DNA of 64,000 bases from Isurus oxyrinchus (taxonomy: Eukaryota). This document shows, in pieces, positions 10,470 to 22,896 of the stretch. A model generated the notes under the pieces. The model was given only the letters and a program-made list of their open reading frames with translations. It was not told where the DNA came from and searched no databases. The translations under genes were made by a program, and so were the position numbers. Where the stretch lies: the NCBI GenBank assembly GCA_026770705.1, contig JANJGN010000056.1, forward strand, positions 868,001 to 932,000, read 5' to 3'. The first letter of the stretch is position 1. The number at the start of each line of letters is the position of its first letter.

Positions 10470-13400
10470 ACACTTCCCCACTGACAGCCCGTGGCAATTT
10501 TTTTTACTTTGTTATAAAGACCAACAGTGTACGTGACACTTGATTTGCGCTAATGCCCATAAGTCACACTGTTTGGTCGTCAATATTCAATTGCTTCATC
10601 AATGTGGTTTCATCGATACTTTGGAAAGTAGTGGGGATCCCCGTTGATGGTTGCAGAACTAACATTCACACGTCCTCACACCCTGAACGTGGGGTTGCCC
10701 ACATGAGGAAATTTGACGGAAAGTAGCATGTTCTCAGCCTTAGCGTCTGTGAATAACTATCCACAACGAAAATGGAAATCTCCAATTGCTCTTGAAGGGG
10801 TTTGCCATTGCACTATCCGCTACGTTCAGCATCTCAGCATCGTGGTTAAATTAATCGTGCCGGCCGTGTAATAACGGACCTAGAATTGTAGATTAGACCT
10901 TTCAAATTCTGCGGGAAGCATCTCAACTCTTAACTCCTCAGAATCTGACCACCATCAACTGATCATCCGGAGATTTGTGTGACACTTTGAGATTGCCCGG
11001 ATGATTTGAGAACAACCAATAAATTCTGTAACAATTTGAACAACGTGTACTGTTTGATCAGCACCACAACAGTCACCATAAACATTCTGCACGGGAATGG
11101 CAGTGTTGGGGATACATCGGGCTTTAGGTTACACATTCTGTTTGTGCACAACTCTGCTCAGTGCGTCATGAAAACCCAGTTTGAAGTTGCATCTCTGGCT
11201 GAAATGTACGCCATTTAGCACAATGATAGTGCCATACAACGCGATGGAGGGAATCCCCAATGTGAAGGTGGATTTCCTCTGAACAAGAACTGTTGGTAGT
11301 CAATCCAATCAAAAACATTATGGGCACATGGACCCGCGTCGCGTAGGTTGGCGGAGCCAGTTCAGTTAGGGTTTTCCACCTTGTTTGTTCCCTGAGCACT
11401 TGCCAAATACCCAGCCTAGCAGTTATCCTCACGTCCAGACCAGCTCAGCATTAGTTGTGCTACTGAAACTCTCTTGGTCATAAACATCGGAATCCCCCAT
11501 GTAGAGTATAGCTTTTACTTGGAACCCCAAATCTCCCTCTACTGATGATCATCTGCTGAAGGGAACGGTAGGTAGCATAAACCAGGGGGTATTCCATGCC
11601 CATGTTTTAGCTGATGCCATGAGATTTCATTGAATTACCAAGTCGTTTTAATGCTAAGACCAATTCTTCACATTTAACGTAAATACTTTGAAGCAATGGC
11701 ACTTAAGGAAGCAAAAAGTCTATTGGGTGATGCCCAGAAAATGGGTGGAAAATTGACATTTTGCATAAGGTTACTTACTCAGATTTTGGCTGATGATTGA
11801 GATGAACTTTGTAAGCAATAAGAACAATTATTCCGATAAAGGTAAATAGGTTGAATAATGATGGTGACAGAATGCATCACAGTACCACAGGCTGCTTTTT
11901 CCTGGATTAATTCAGTGTTTGTGAATGTTGTTGGAGCAGAACTCATCAAGACAATGTAGTGTATTCTATCACACTCCTGATTTGCGCCTTGAAATGAAGG
12001 CTTTGCAGATTGAGAGGGTGATTTCCTCCCTGCAGGATTCTCAGGTCCTGACTTGCCCGTCTAGTCACAGTTTCTGGTCAATGATATTTCCGAGGATGTT
12101 GGAGATGGGGGACCGAGGATGTTGGAGATGGGGGATTAAGCGATGGTAATGGCATTAACGTTTAAGGATATTTTCATGGAAACTCTGATGGCTACGCTGG
12201 CCACTCTCTGTCAATTATGTGGAGCGAATATTACTCATTGGTTTTCAGCACCAGACTGGATATTGCGGAGGCCTTGTTACACATGGACATGGAATTCTGT
12301 TAAGTTGAGAATGGTGCTGAAGTTTGAGCATTCATCAGCGGGCACTAATCCACCCCAGTTCTGCACATGCCTACCACTCCCTAGACACCTTCAGCACAAT
12401 AACCCCCCTTCTGTGCTATTGTTGGATAGACTTTCAACGATAAAGAAGATGAAAATTGTTTGGAACAGGACTCTGGTCCGAGGATCTCGTGCAATGATGT
12501 AATGAGGCTGAGAGGTACCACCTGCAAATAAACATATTTAATTGTGCTAGGTATTATTCCATTTAATGGAGGCCTTTCCTGCTTATTCTTATCAACTCCG
12601 AAATTCTTTGGGGTCTTTGAGATCATACTCTGTCAATTGTCTCGATATGCAGCGCAGGCTATCTCCCATCACGTCATGAGTTCTCCATGTTTGAATCAAG
12701 ACTGAACTAATAGCTGGGCATCATACAAAACACAAAATTTCCTTCACTGGGTAGCTGACTGTCCGGTAAATGGCAATTTCAACACTATACATTACACTTT
12801 AAATCGCTTTGCTAATGATCAAGAGTAAGTGGGTGGTCTGGAAATTAGATTTTTGTGTATGCCTTGCTTTTGGGGCACGAAAATACCTGTGCTTTTTTGT
12901 TTCCCATGTTCGCTAAAATGCCAATATTTTAGCTGTACTGCTCCAGCTTGGCTCGGATGGCTTGTTGAGGGGCACTGGTCTCCCGCCTTACTGGTAGAAA
13001 CTTACAGGAACCGTAGCCTCTGCATAATCTAGTCCCATCAATCGTTTCATAATATAACGTACTATGCATCATATTGGCTGAAGGCTGTTAACTCAGATGC
13101 TGTCATCCTCAGGAGGAGGCCGGAACGTTTCATCCACTGGTTACTTCAGGATGAATGTGGCTGCAAATCATTTAGCCATATCTTTGAAGTAATGACCTGG
13201 GCTCAACAATCATTGCTGGTGAAGATGCTGATCGAGAGTCCTCAGGCAGTGATTTGTTCAATTGCCCATCACCATTCCAAACAGTATGTAAGAGCCCTTC
13301 AGAGCTGAGATTTGGTTATTTATTTGCCCTGTCAATTGCGCCCTGATTCCCCTATTTTACTTGCAAGTTGTCCTGCCTTGGAGCTGCATCGGGTAAGCAT
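10470..13400 (-). mobile_element. Ancient second-family LINE remnants (EN/RT) in the GPCR intron, shared with copies 2 and 3
   Basis: ORF 11166-11432 (-) ARLGIWQVLREQTR...HLHIGDSLHRVVWHYHCAKW is a LINE EN-linker region. Homologues lie at about 43990-46790 and 60540-63440. Confidence 0.65.
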
Positions 13401-14303
13401 TATCTGTTATTTCTGGTTCAACTCTACGCATATGACATATGTCGACAAAGGTCCTTCCTCAATACCTCTGAGCAGGTGACCTTGAATAATTAGATGTACA
13501 AGGGCAGAATCCACATGGAAGCACAATTACTTGCAAATTCCTTTCCAAGTCACAGATCAACATGACTTGGAAATACATTACCTTTTTATTTCCCGACTGA
13601 CACTGGATCAACAGCTGGAACTCCCTAGCTCGTAGCACAGTGTGTCCATCTGCATCATATGGACTGCAAAACTATAAAAAAAATCCCTTTCAAGGAGAAT
13701 TAGTGAAAACGAATAAACGCTGATGTTATCAATTAATCGATTGAAAGGAAAATGATGCATCTTGCCGAATCTATGCTTATTGCGCCCTTGTGCATTAAAA
13801 TGATGGCCCTTTCTGTTTCTTTCGTGTAGGGTAAACTAAGATTAAATATAACATTCTTATGTTGCTTTAATTTTACCCAGTATTCTCGTCCCTAAGTGAG
13901 GACCTGTATGTTCAATCGCTCGTGAAAATCTAAGCCTGTAACCAAATAAATTGGCCGAATTATTTGACCACAAATCGCCGCCCCCCGCCCCCTATCGAAC
14001 TGTATTCACAGCTTCATAATCTGCCGCCTGAGGTCCTGGTTCAAACTGCCGATTGGACGTGGACCCCACTTTGCATCTCTCATTGCCTCCTCCCTCTTTC
14101 GAAGGGCACATTGCTGTTAAACTGATAAGGCAAAAGGAAGACACTCAGTTGGTTTGTCGCTTATCCGATTGGGTCTTTGCAGTAACGACACCAGAGGAAC
14201 ATAAACCAAAGTGCAGTGCACCTGACCTATGTTTCTTTTCCAAATTACAAATCAATAACGGGTCAAGCACAAATTGCAGATGCATACCTAAATGGATAAT
14301 TCC

Positions 14304-14308
<5 letters not shown>

Positions 14309-14337
<29 letters not shown>
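14309..14337 (+). repeat. (TA)n microsatellite
   Basis: Pure AT dinucleotide run. Confidence 0.95.
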
Positions 14338-14346
<9 letters not shown>

Positions 14347-17300
14347 CTTTTAATTCAGCAGGACATTCCGTGATAATTTGTTTGCTATTGGTACGCGTAA
14401 TTTGATAGCTAAGACAATGAATAATGTATTTGCTAGTTTACTATTCAATTTGGCAGATAATTGAGTACTTGATTCAATGTATATTTCAACGTTATATTTG
14501 GAGGAACATTTAAGAAGTGCATTGACAAGTTATTTTTTTTTTGTAATTAGTTGTATTCTAATTTTGGCTCGTTAAGTACATAGTTGTGTACATTACTGGG
14601 TTTTTGTTAAAGGGTTGCATCTTGACAGTGCTTGCCAGGACAATTTGGGTGATGATATATTGGTGAAACATCTTTATATAAATCAAAACAGTGAAATCCT
14701 AGAATGCAAAATACAACTTAATTCTCTCATTGTAAATTCATGGTGTTGTACTGATACAAATATTGATTTTGCTCAGCTGAAACATTGATATGTATAGGGC
14801 AACTGATGTCAACCTTTATTTTTGTCAACATTTCTCTCGGATTGTAGTTTAACCAAACTGGCTTTGATTTTCCAATGCTTCCCTCCTTTCCAGTACAGCC
14901 TACACTGGCATCAGGAATTGCATTTTCAATTTATGCCCATCACCCAGTCTTTGCAAGTCTGCTTATAATTAGTTGTTGCAGTTCTCATCAAGTCAATGAA
15001 GTTTAATGCTTGTTTTCGAGTTTGAAAACTTTGAATGAGAGGCAGCAGCTGCCACATAAGCTGCGAATGCAACATGAAGAGACGGCTTTTTATTTGGGTG
15101 GTCAAAGCTTATCAACTTTCATTACAGAAATATAAAAATCTGTTTACCTTTCTCCGAATAAATCTACTTATTGCTTTAAAAATTAGTTTAAAGTAGTAGT
15201 CAGCAAATGAATTAAATAATCTTATTCAAAACGCTGCTTCGTCTACCCATCGACAGTCTTGCTTCATTGCATTGTTGCTATCCTAAATGTCAAAAACATT
15301 ACATCATTCTGCACCATTTTGTATAGCCTTAAAAAGCACTTGGTATTTAAATGAACTCCTTATTCATTCTTCCCTCCATTGTGAAAATGTGAATTTTCCA
15401 TTCCGTGAACCGTGCCCCTGTGATTGACCAAAGATTTCAGTCTAAACAATATTCTGCACGATTACCAGATCCATGATTTCCGATCTTACAACACAGCCAC
15501 CAGGGCTCCACGCAAAATTTCAATTCAATTCAAATTCAGAAATTTTCAATTACTTACTTTGGATATTAATGAAAGCACGTGTTCTATGCTTTTTTAAAAA
15601 TTGTACATAATAATTTGACGAACGTATGCAATAAAAAAAGCATTTCCAGTAGCAACAAGTTGGTTCAATCAGTTTAACTGAAAATGTTATAATTCGAAAA
15701 GCATACGGTGGTTAATTAAGTAAGCAACATGAATTATAACATGCAGCGCTGACTAGCTAAGGCTCACAGCAAACTCATTTGATTTATATTCATTATTGAT
15801 TGTAATCAGTAGTTAGACGAAATGATTTACTGTAATCTCTCATGTAATAACTATTCGTTAAATTAATTCACTAATTTATGAAAAGTTTCCTGAATTTTGA
15901 AAAATAAACATGAATGTTCCTAAATACTTTTAAAATTCGCGCTGTTCTGAGCCGCCCAATCTAAAATGAAATTAGCTACAGAGGGTTTTATTATAAATAT
16001 AGTTTTGTTAAGAGTTACTTCGATAATATAAGGTCATCAACAATTCACAAATTCACACTTCTAATCATATCTTAGTTTTCCAATGCGTTACTGACTCAAG
16101 TCAATTTGTTCATCATTGTCAATATCTCTCTGTATCTTCTGCACTTGGTGTCCAACAGGAATCTGTGTTCAGCTTCATGTATCGAAACAGTTCACAATGA
16201 TGCGGTTCTTGAGATGAATAGTAATATTTTCTGACTTTTCAGCAACCAAGAGTTTTGTTCTTCATCCGACCAAAGAAGGGAACATCTCTGCTGACTTCTG
16301 AGTAGCGAAAAGCAGACTTACACCACGTTTGAATAACAATTTTGATTTGCTCATTTGCCATATGGTGGGAATCACTCTGATTCTCATTGCCTCTCCATTT
16401 TCCGATATCGATGCAATGTACATGAAAACTAGCCTGCCCAGATAAACGTTGCCCCGCACAGCACCTCTTCTTGGCCAATATATGTTCCTCACTCAATCTG
16501 AGCAGTCGGTATAGCAATATAACTTCACCCTAGTTGGATATTAAACTGCCCCATCCAGCCTGCCCAGCCTGTGTAACAACTTTAATTCAGTCTTGCTGCT
16601 ATGAAGCAGCGATACATTCCACCTGAACAAGAACTTTATAATGTTCAGCCTGCATATCAATCTTGCAACACTCAAATTGCCTTAAACGACCTGACTGAGC
16701 GGCCCTAAGCTCGCAGAAATACTTCACCCTGCGATCTCAATAAGCATTTTACATTATTTTGATTGTCTTTCACCACCACCGTTAGGATGTCCCAGTGAAC
16801 GTTCACTCAGCCTCGCATATGTTGGTCCCTCTTTGTAGTCTACTCACTGTTACACCTTGTCCTGTTCAATCTCAACTTTACCCTCCCAAGTGTTCTGAGT
16901 ACATTCGTGCATCTGGGCAACATTTTGCATTCAAGCTGTCAGCCTTGTTGCACAATACCCATTCCCAGAACTTATTGCAAGACTCTACATTGCTTCCTCT
17001 GCCCAGATCACGTTGCACCTTTACACATGAATTGGCTCTTTATCGTGTCCCATATCACACTGAAAAATTACCATGCCAAGGCACTTTTGTGACTTCAAAT
17101 TCTTCACATTCTTGCTCAACAGGCCCAACAGCTGCCCAGCCTTAATGGAGGATTTTTCTACCAGAAAACGAATAATCAATGAACGTTTCCCATCCGTGTG
17201 CACTTGTATAAGGTTCAGTCCATGTTTAGCACACGTTACTCTCAGGAAGCATGCAACACATGCTTGGATGAAATACATGAAATGATGCAAAAATAAACAA

Positions 17301-17390
17301 AATATGTATTGAGTACCCTTTGCTGCCATCGGAAAAAAACCGTTTCACCTTTATCAAATATTTCATGTTTTGTCTCTGCATCTCTGACAG

Positions 17391-18280
17391 TGAATGCTGT
17401 TGCAATTGTGATTCTTTCCCGTGGAAGGTGTGGTCTCTCGAAATGGGTTACACGTTATATGATAGCCAAGGCAGCAGCTGACCTCCTGGTTGTTTGTACT
17501 GACGTAATACTTACGAGTACAGTAGATATTTATTGCCCTAGTTCATTCTTCTCAATGCCCCCTGTGTGCTGTCTAACACTAACACTGAGTTATGTAGTCA
17601 CATCAGCCTGTGTCTGGTTAACAGTGATGTTCACATTCGATGGTTTTGTGGCCATATGTTGTGAGAAGCGTAATAAAAAATATTGCACAGAGAAAACGGC
17701 AACTGCTATCATAACAGTGGTATCTGTGTTGAGCTGCTTGATAAACATTCCTTGGTATTTTGCAGATGAACCTGAAAATATAGTGGACAATGTAAATCAC
17801 GGTTGTGTCCTAAAACAGACATTTATCATTTCTGCTGAATGGGCCGCATTTGACTTGTTTACCCTTACCTTAACCCCGAGTGTTCCATTCATTCTAATTT
17901 TGTTGCTAAATATGTTGATGGTTAGGCGTATTTTAGTGGTCAATAAAGTCCGCAGGGGCCTCCATGTTTGCAGCAATGGCGAGCATCACAAGGATTCAGA
18001 GATAGAAAGCCGAAGAAAATTCATGAATTTACCGTTCAATATATCCAGCAGTTTTATATTTTTGTGGGCCACTCTGGTTGTATATTTTGTCTCTTTGCAT
18101 ACAACAATTATTTCATATTCTGGTCTTAATAAGCTTGAATCAGTTGCATATATGCTTGTGCTTCTCAGTTGCTGCACAAATACATTCATTTACGTTTTGA
18201 CACAGGCTAAGTTTAGGAAGGAGCTGAAGAATGGGATGTTGTACCTTAGGAAATTGTGCGTAAAATTATTCAATTCATAA
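17391..18280 (+). CDS. GPR139-like class A GPCR copy 1, coding exon 2 (end of TM1 to C-terminus; spliced product 319 aa)
   Basis: Acceptor tctctgacag ends at 17390. The open frame lies within ORF 17309-18280 and has hydrophobic TM segments and motifs ILSRGRCGLSK, AAADLL (TM2), FTFDGFVAICC (TM3, DRF variant), LTPSVPFILILLLN (TM5), DSEIESRRK, LWAT (TM6) and SCCTNTFIY (NPxxY-like). Confidence 0.9.
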
Positions 18281-18476
18281 TTACAGCTGAAAATGCATTG
18301 ACATACTCAGGAGAACACGCACGTGAACCTTGAAGCAACTCATATTGGCAAAGTGCTTTAGATGATGCTTATACTCTCTGGATAAAATTGTATACCTACT
18401 GTTTTATACTATAAGCTCAAATTGTACTCTTTTTCACCATATTATGTAGTCAAAGGTGAACGTGATGTGTAATAAT

Positions 18477-18482
18477 AATAAA
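18477..18482 (+). terminator. Putative polyadenylation signal, GPCR copy 1
   Basis: AATAAA about 200 nt after the stop codon; a positional equivalent lies at 52420-52425 in copy 2. Confidence 0.5.
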
Positions 18483-19949
18483 ACATTCTAAACAGTGCCG
18501 AATATTATTGCAGAGCTGGAAAGAGTGAATTGACGTTCCAGGCTCTGACCGTATATTTGGAACAGTTGTTCATTTCTGTCAGACACCACATCAAACATCA
18601 CCAGCTGTTTCACCCATGACATGAAAACATTTAACAAGAAAAAGAAACATCACATGTTTTCTGCAATATCTCTTCTGATTCAAAGAGTAATTGTGGTGTA
18701 TGTGTAGAACAAATTTTATGAAATCTGGCACCCTCCAAATCTCGGAAGAGTTGCACAAGGAGCTGCTTCTCAGTTTTCCTTATAGCTCACATGATTAAAA
18801 AAATGCAAGCCTGATCAACATGTATTTTGTGAAAGGATGCGCCTTGGAAGGGGTGATCACAACGTGAAATGAAGCATTGACCCCCCGCCACAACAGCCCC
18901 CGGCCCACTCCCCCACCCGCCATGATCCATAGGGCAGAGAGATTGTTCGATGCATTGGATTAAAAATGTTCAGATCCGATTTCCCTGTGATTCATTTGAA
19001 AGCCCGTAACGCTCATGTATTTTTTTCATGATCACAGAGGGTCCCTCCTCCCCAAATGTTCATTCACAAAACTCTCTGCTTCCTTTTCTCTGGTTATTTC
19101 ACACATGATCAGCAAATGATTGTTATCATAATTCTCATGTTATCCGTTTAAAATTATTAATTTGAAGCCCAATCATCAATCTAACGTGTGATGCTTCAGC
19201 AAGACATCTGCACGATTTCCCAGCTATCAGTCATCCGCTTCCATAATTACTGACCATCAGCTTCCTCCTTTCTATTGTTATGCACATTGAATATGAACAC
19301 ATACTATGTACTTCTTCTCTTTTACATATTCATATCAATTCTTCTCATTTACTTTACTTAAAAACATTTCGAAGAATGTAATCTGATGCTGGTTACAGCA
19401 TAGAAGCAGACCATTGGACAGCCGTGTTCCCTTTCTCCCCCTCAAGGAACAAGCAATCTGGAAACAACCCTTCTGCTTTCTCTGATGATCAGGTCATTCG
19501 ACTTTTCCAGAAAATAACCCAACATCGTCTTGACCATTGCTAGTTGATTTTTTCGAATCATCCCGCCAGATACTTTACCAGAAGAGCTGCCAATTAACAT
19601 GGCGAATGACATTTGGAGTGAAATGGAAATCTATGCCTGTCAGCCTGGCAAACATTCACCTTGTTCAAATGTGCACTCTTTCATGTCATGAGGGGCATCT
19701 CTGTCAAGAACAAAAACAGTTATTTTCAATCCCTAATTGTTCTTAACACACGGTGATCGTGAGCAGACTTTATGAACAGCTACCGTGTAGTTGATATCTT
19801 CGTACTGGCTGCAAAGGACATGGAAATCTGAATATCTACAATAAGCAAATCAAGCAAAATTTTCTAAATACTTGCTCTGACATTTCGGCATCTGCACTTT
19901 CTAAATCTCCACATTAAATGCTCAACCCTCCGTCCTTTTTATTCCTAAG

Positions 19950-20920
19950 GGAACCTGCGTTCGTCAGGGCAGTGTGCTAGATCCAGCCATCTTCAGCTGC
20001 ATCATCAATTACCTTCCATCCATCATAAGGTAAGAACTGGGGCTGTTCGCTGAAGATTGCACAAGGTGCAACGCCATTCTCGGCTCGTCAGGTAATGAAG
20101 CAGTCCGTGATCAAATTGAGAATGAACTGGACAATGCACGCCCTTTAGCTCACAAGTGGAAAGCAACTTTCACGAGGCAGACAATGACCATCATAAAAAG
20201 ATACAATCTATCCATTGCCCATTGAAATTCAATGTCATTACCACGGATAACTTCCACACTATCAACTTTATTCGCTTCTCAATGGCCAGTACTGGATCTT
20301 GAAGAACCATATAAACACTATGCATATCAATACAGGCAAGAGGTTAATAACGCAGCGCATAACTTCTCTCTTGGCTCCCCAAACCCTTCCTAACTGGACA
20401 AGGCACAAGGTCACATTGTGATGTTATGCTCTCCACTTACTTGGAAGCTTACAGCTCCAGCAACACGAACGAAGCAATGTGCCATCCAGGACAAAACAGC
20501 CTCCTTAATTAGCACCACTTTCACAAATATTCACTCCCTCCACCACCGTCGCAATTGTAGCAGCAGTGTCTGCCACCTACAACATGCACTGCACAAATTC
20601 ACCAAAGTTCCTTAGACAACCCCTTCCAAATGCAAGACCGCTTACATCCAGTAGCGCAGGAACAGCGGGTGCACGGGAAAACCTGCAAATTGAACGTTGA
20701 ACTTCAAGACACCCACCATTCTGACTGGAAGTATATCGCCGTCCCGTCACTGTCTCTGGGTCAAAACCCTGGAACTCCCTTCCAATTAGTGCTGTGGTTG
20801 TACGGACACAACAGCAACTCCAGCAGTTCAAAAGGAAACTCACCACCAGCTTCGCAAGGGAACAAATCAATAAATGCAAGCCTAACAAATGGCGGCCAAA
20901 TCTCGTAAAAGAATAATAAT
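19950..20920 (+). mobile_element. Second-family LINE RT C-terminal part and 3' tail (shared with 53840-54800)
   Basis: cagggcagtgtgctagatccagccatcttcagctgcatcatcaat (QGSVL.P), ctgttcgctgaagattgc (FADD-like) and 3' tail caataaatgc. Confidence 0.7.
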
Positions 20921-22427
20921 GATTAAAATCATCTTTCTCGCTGCAGATCTACCGCGCTTTCTAACAGGGTGTGCGGAGGGAAACAAAATCTAGCGTTTTC
21001 AGTCCGTGTGATTATTCTTCACACTCCATTTATTAGCTCTCCAAGCCATTCCGCTGCCTAACTCCCGTCTCAGTCTGAACCAGGCTATTAACAGACGTGC
21101 TATCATACAATTGACGCCATCACTTAGACAGGCCGTTTCTATCTCTCAATTTTAATCCTGCCTCACTGAATTCACTGTTGGAGCCACATCTAAAACTTCG
21201 TTCCCTCTAGACTTCAGAATTCCAACACAGCAATTCTAACCTCCCACACTCTAACTTCCATAAATATGATGTCATTTAAATCTCTGCTGCATGGCCCTGG
21301 CTTACAGCAAGCCTCATTTCTCTATCAATCCTATGTTCTCAAGCCAGCAGGGGATAGCGGGCAAGCATCATGTTGCCTTCAATTTATTAATCTTTCTTTT
21401 TAAATCCCATCAATCACTTGCCTCTCCCAACTCTTGTCATCTCCTCCAGCCCCCACAGCAGTATGCAACTTCTGGGTTCCTCTAATTCCAGCACCTTGTA
21501 TGTTCCTGATTTTAGTCGAACTAGAATGATAGCCAGGGCTGCAGGACCATGGCCCGTAAGCTCTGGAGAGCAGTTTCCAGCGCCATCGTATTTTTTATAG
21601 TACAAACTTGGTGTTTTCCTTTAAGCTCTTATTATTTTCTAAATCTCCACTCGAATCAACGTTGCCTTTTGATCCAAAATATGTCGGTGGCGTCCAGAAA
21701 CTTCGCCATGACTCGATGGGAATACTGTGCTGCTGCCTGAACCACGACACATGTGAAAAGTTTGATCAAACCTCCATATTGTTTAATTTAGGTTAGCAGA
21801 ATACAAGCAACAGGGTTGTAAACTAAATAAATAATTAACTGCACATTGAAAAAAAAATACTTTTAACCAGAGGCTAAAGGAAGAAATATGAACCAGTCAA
21901 TACTAACTCTATGACCTAAACCTCATCCCTCCTTAAAACCCTATTTACAGAGACACAATATTCAAAAGTCACAAGAAACATTGAAAGGGTGAGATGAAAA
22001 AGATTAATAACGGCAATTCCTGACTACAGGGTTCGATTAGTTGATATTGATTAATGTACTTCAAATTCATTTTTGTTCTTGATAATGATACGAGGTGGCC
22101 TTCCAGTGTCTTCAGTCTTTAGCTCACTAGTTGAACACTAGCCTTTCAGTGCTTCGAAAGGTGCTTTTCCCCTTTTCTTCTTGGCAGGGGATTTCCAGAG
22201 AGGGGAAGAGCAGGGTATAGAGATGTTAGGGTGAAAAACAACTGCGTATTATTAGAGAATTATTGTTATATTGTACACACAGGAGAAATATGTTCTGGCA
22301 GCAGCAAATCTGCTGCATGTCTTTCAAACAAGCCCTGGTTGCCTGACCAGGGAACAAATAATATGATGCGGCAATGCAGTTCCCAATTAGATCGGACTCC
22401 TCCTCGGTACCACTCTGTCATACATGG

Positions 22428-22552
22428 TGGGGAGGCAGCGGTGGCATAGTGGTTTTGTCATTGGACTCGTATTCCAGAGACCCAGGGTAATGGTCTGGGG
22501 ACCCAGGTTTGAATCCCACCACGGCAGATGGTGAAACTTGAATTGAATAAAA
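22428..22552 (+). mobile_element. tRNA-derived SINE head with a 14-bp TSD
   Basis: A-box-like tggcatagtgg and B-box-like ggtttgaatcc. Direct repeat tctgtcatacatgg at 22414-22427 and 22553-22566. Confidence 0.85.
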
Positions 22553-22896
22553 TCTGTCATACATGGCAAAGACTGTTCCAGGAGAGCAGAATTATGTATT
22601 TCCCTCACACTGTTCAAGTAAACCAGCCTCTCAAACTGTAGCTTTTGCAATTATAATGCACAGAACAACAGAAACATATGAAAAAAATAGGCTCTCTACA
22701 CAGTGTCCGCATTGATGGTTCCAATGGGAATTACTCTGGAAAAATGGTTTGGTTACCGCTATTAATATTGGTTTATTTCAAGCTGATTTCAGCAGAGGTA
22801 AGGGCAGCTCAGGGACCATATCTTTAGCCAGCTCCTGGCATTCCTGGTTACAATGGCCAAGAGGCATGACCTGCGGTTTCAATTTCACACTTAATA

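Larger units (their letters stand above)
2300..20900 (+). repeat. Segmental duplication unit, copy 1 (older, more diverged)
   Basis: Collinear blocks read by eye: about 2300-3900 with 56470-58100; 3930-5340 with 41540-42930; 7170-8070 with 43220-44010; 10900-13950 with 43990-47300; 15000-17390 with 48950-51327; 18280-20900 with 52230-54800. Confidence 0.75.

Noticed and set aside
17309-17390. N-terminal extension MSTLCCHRKK... of the 323-aa ORF
   Set aside because: It starts at TTG and is intronic polypyrimidine/acceptor sequence. The real N-terminus is exon 1 at 4732.
22428-22552. Functional tRNA gene
   Set aside because: The cloverleaf is poor, a TSD is present and SINE body sequence follows the B box. 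It is a tRNA-derived SINE.
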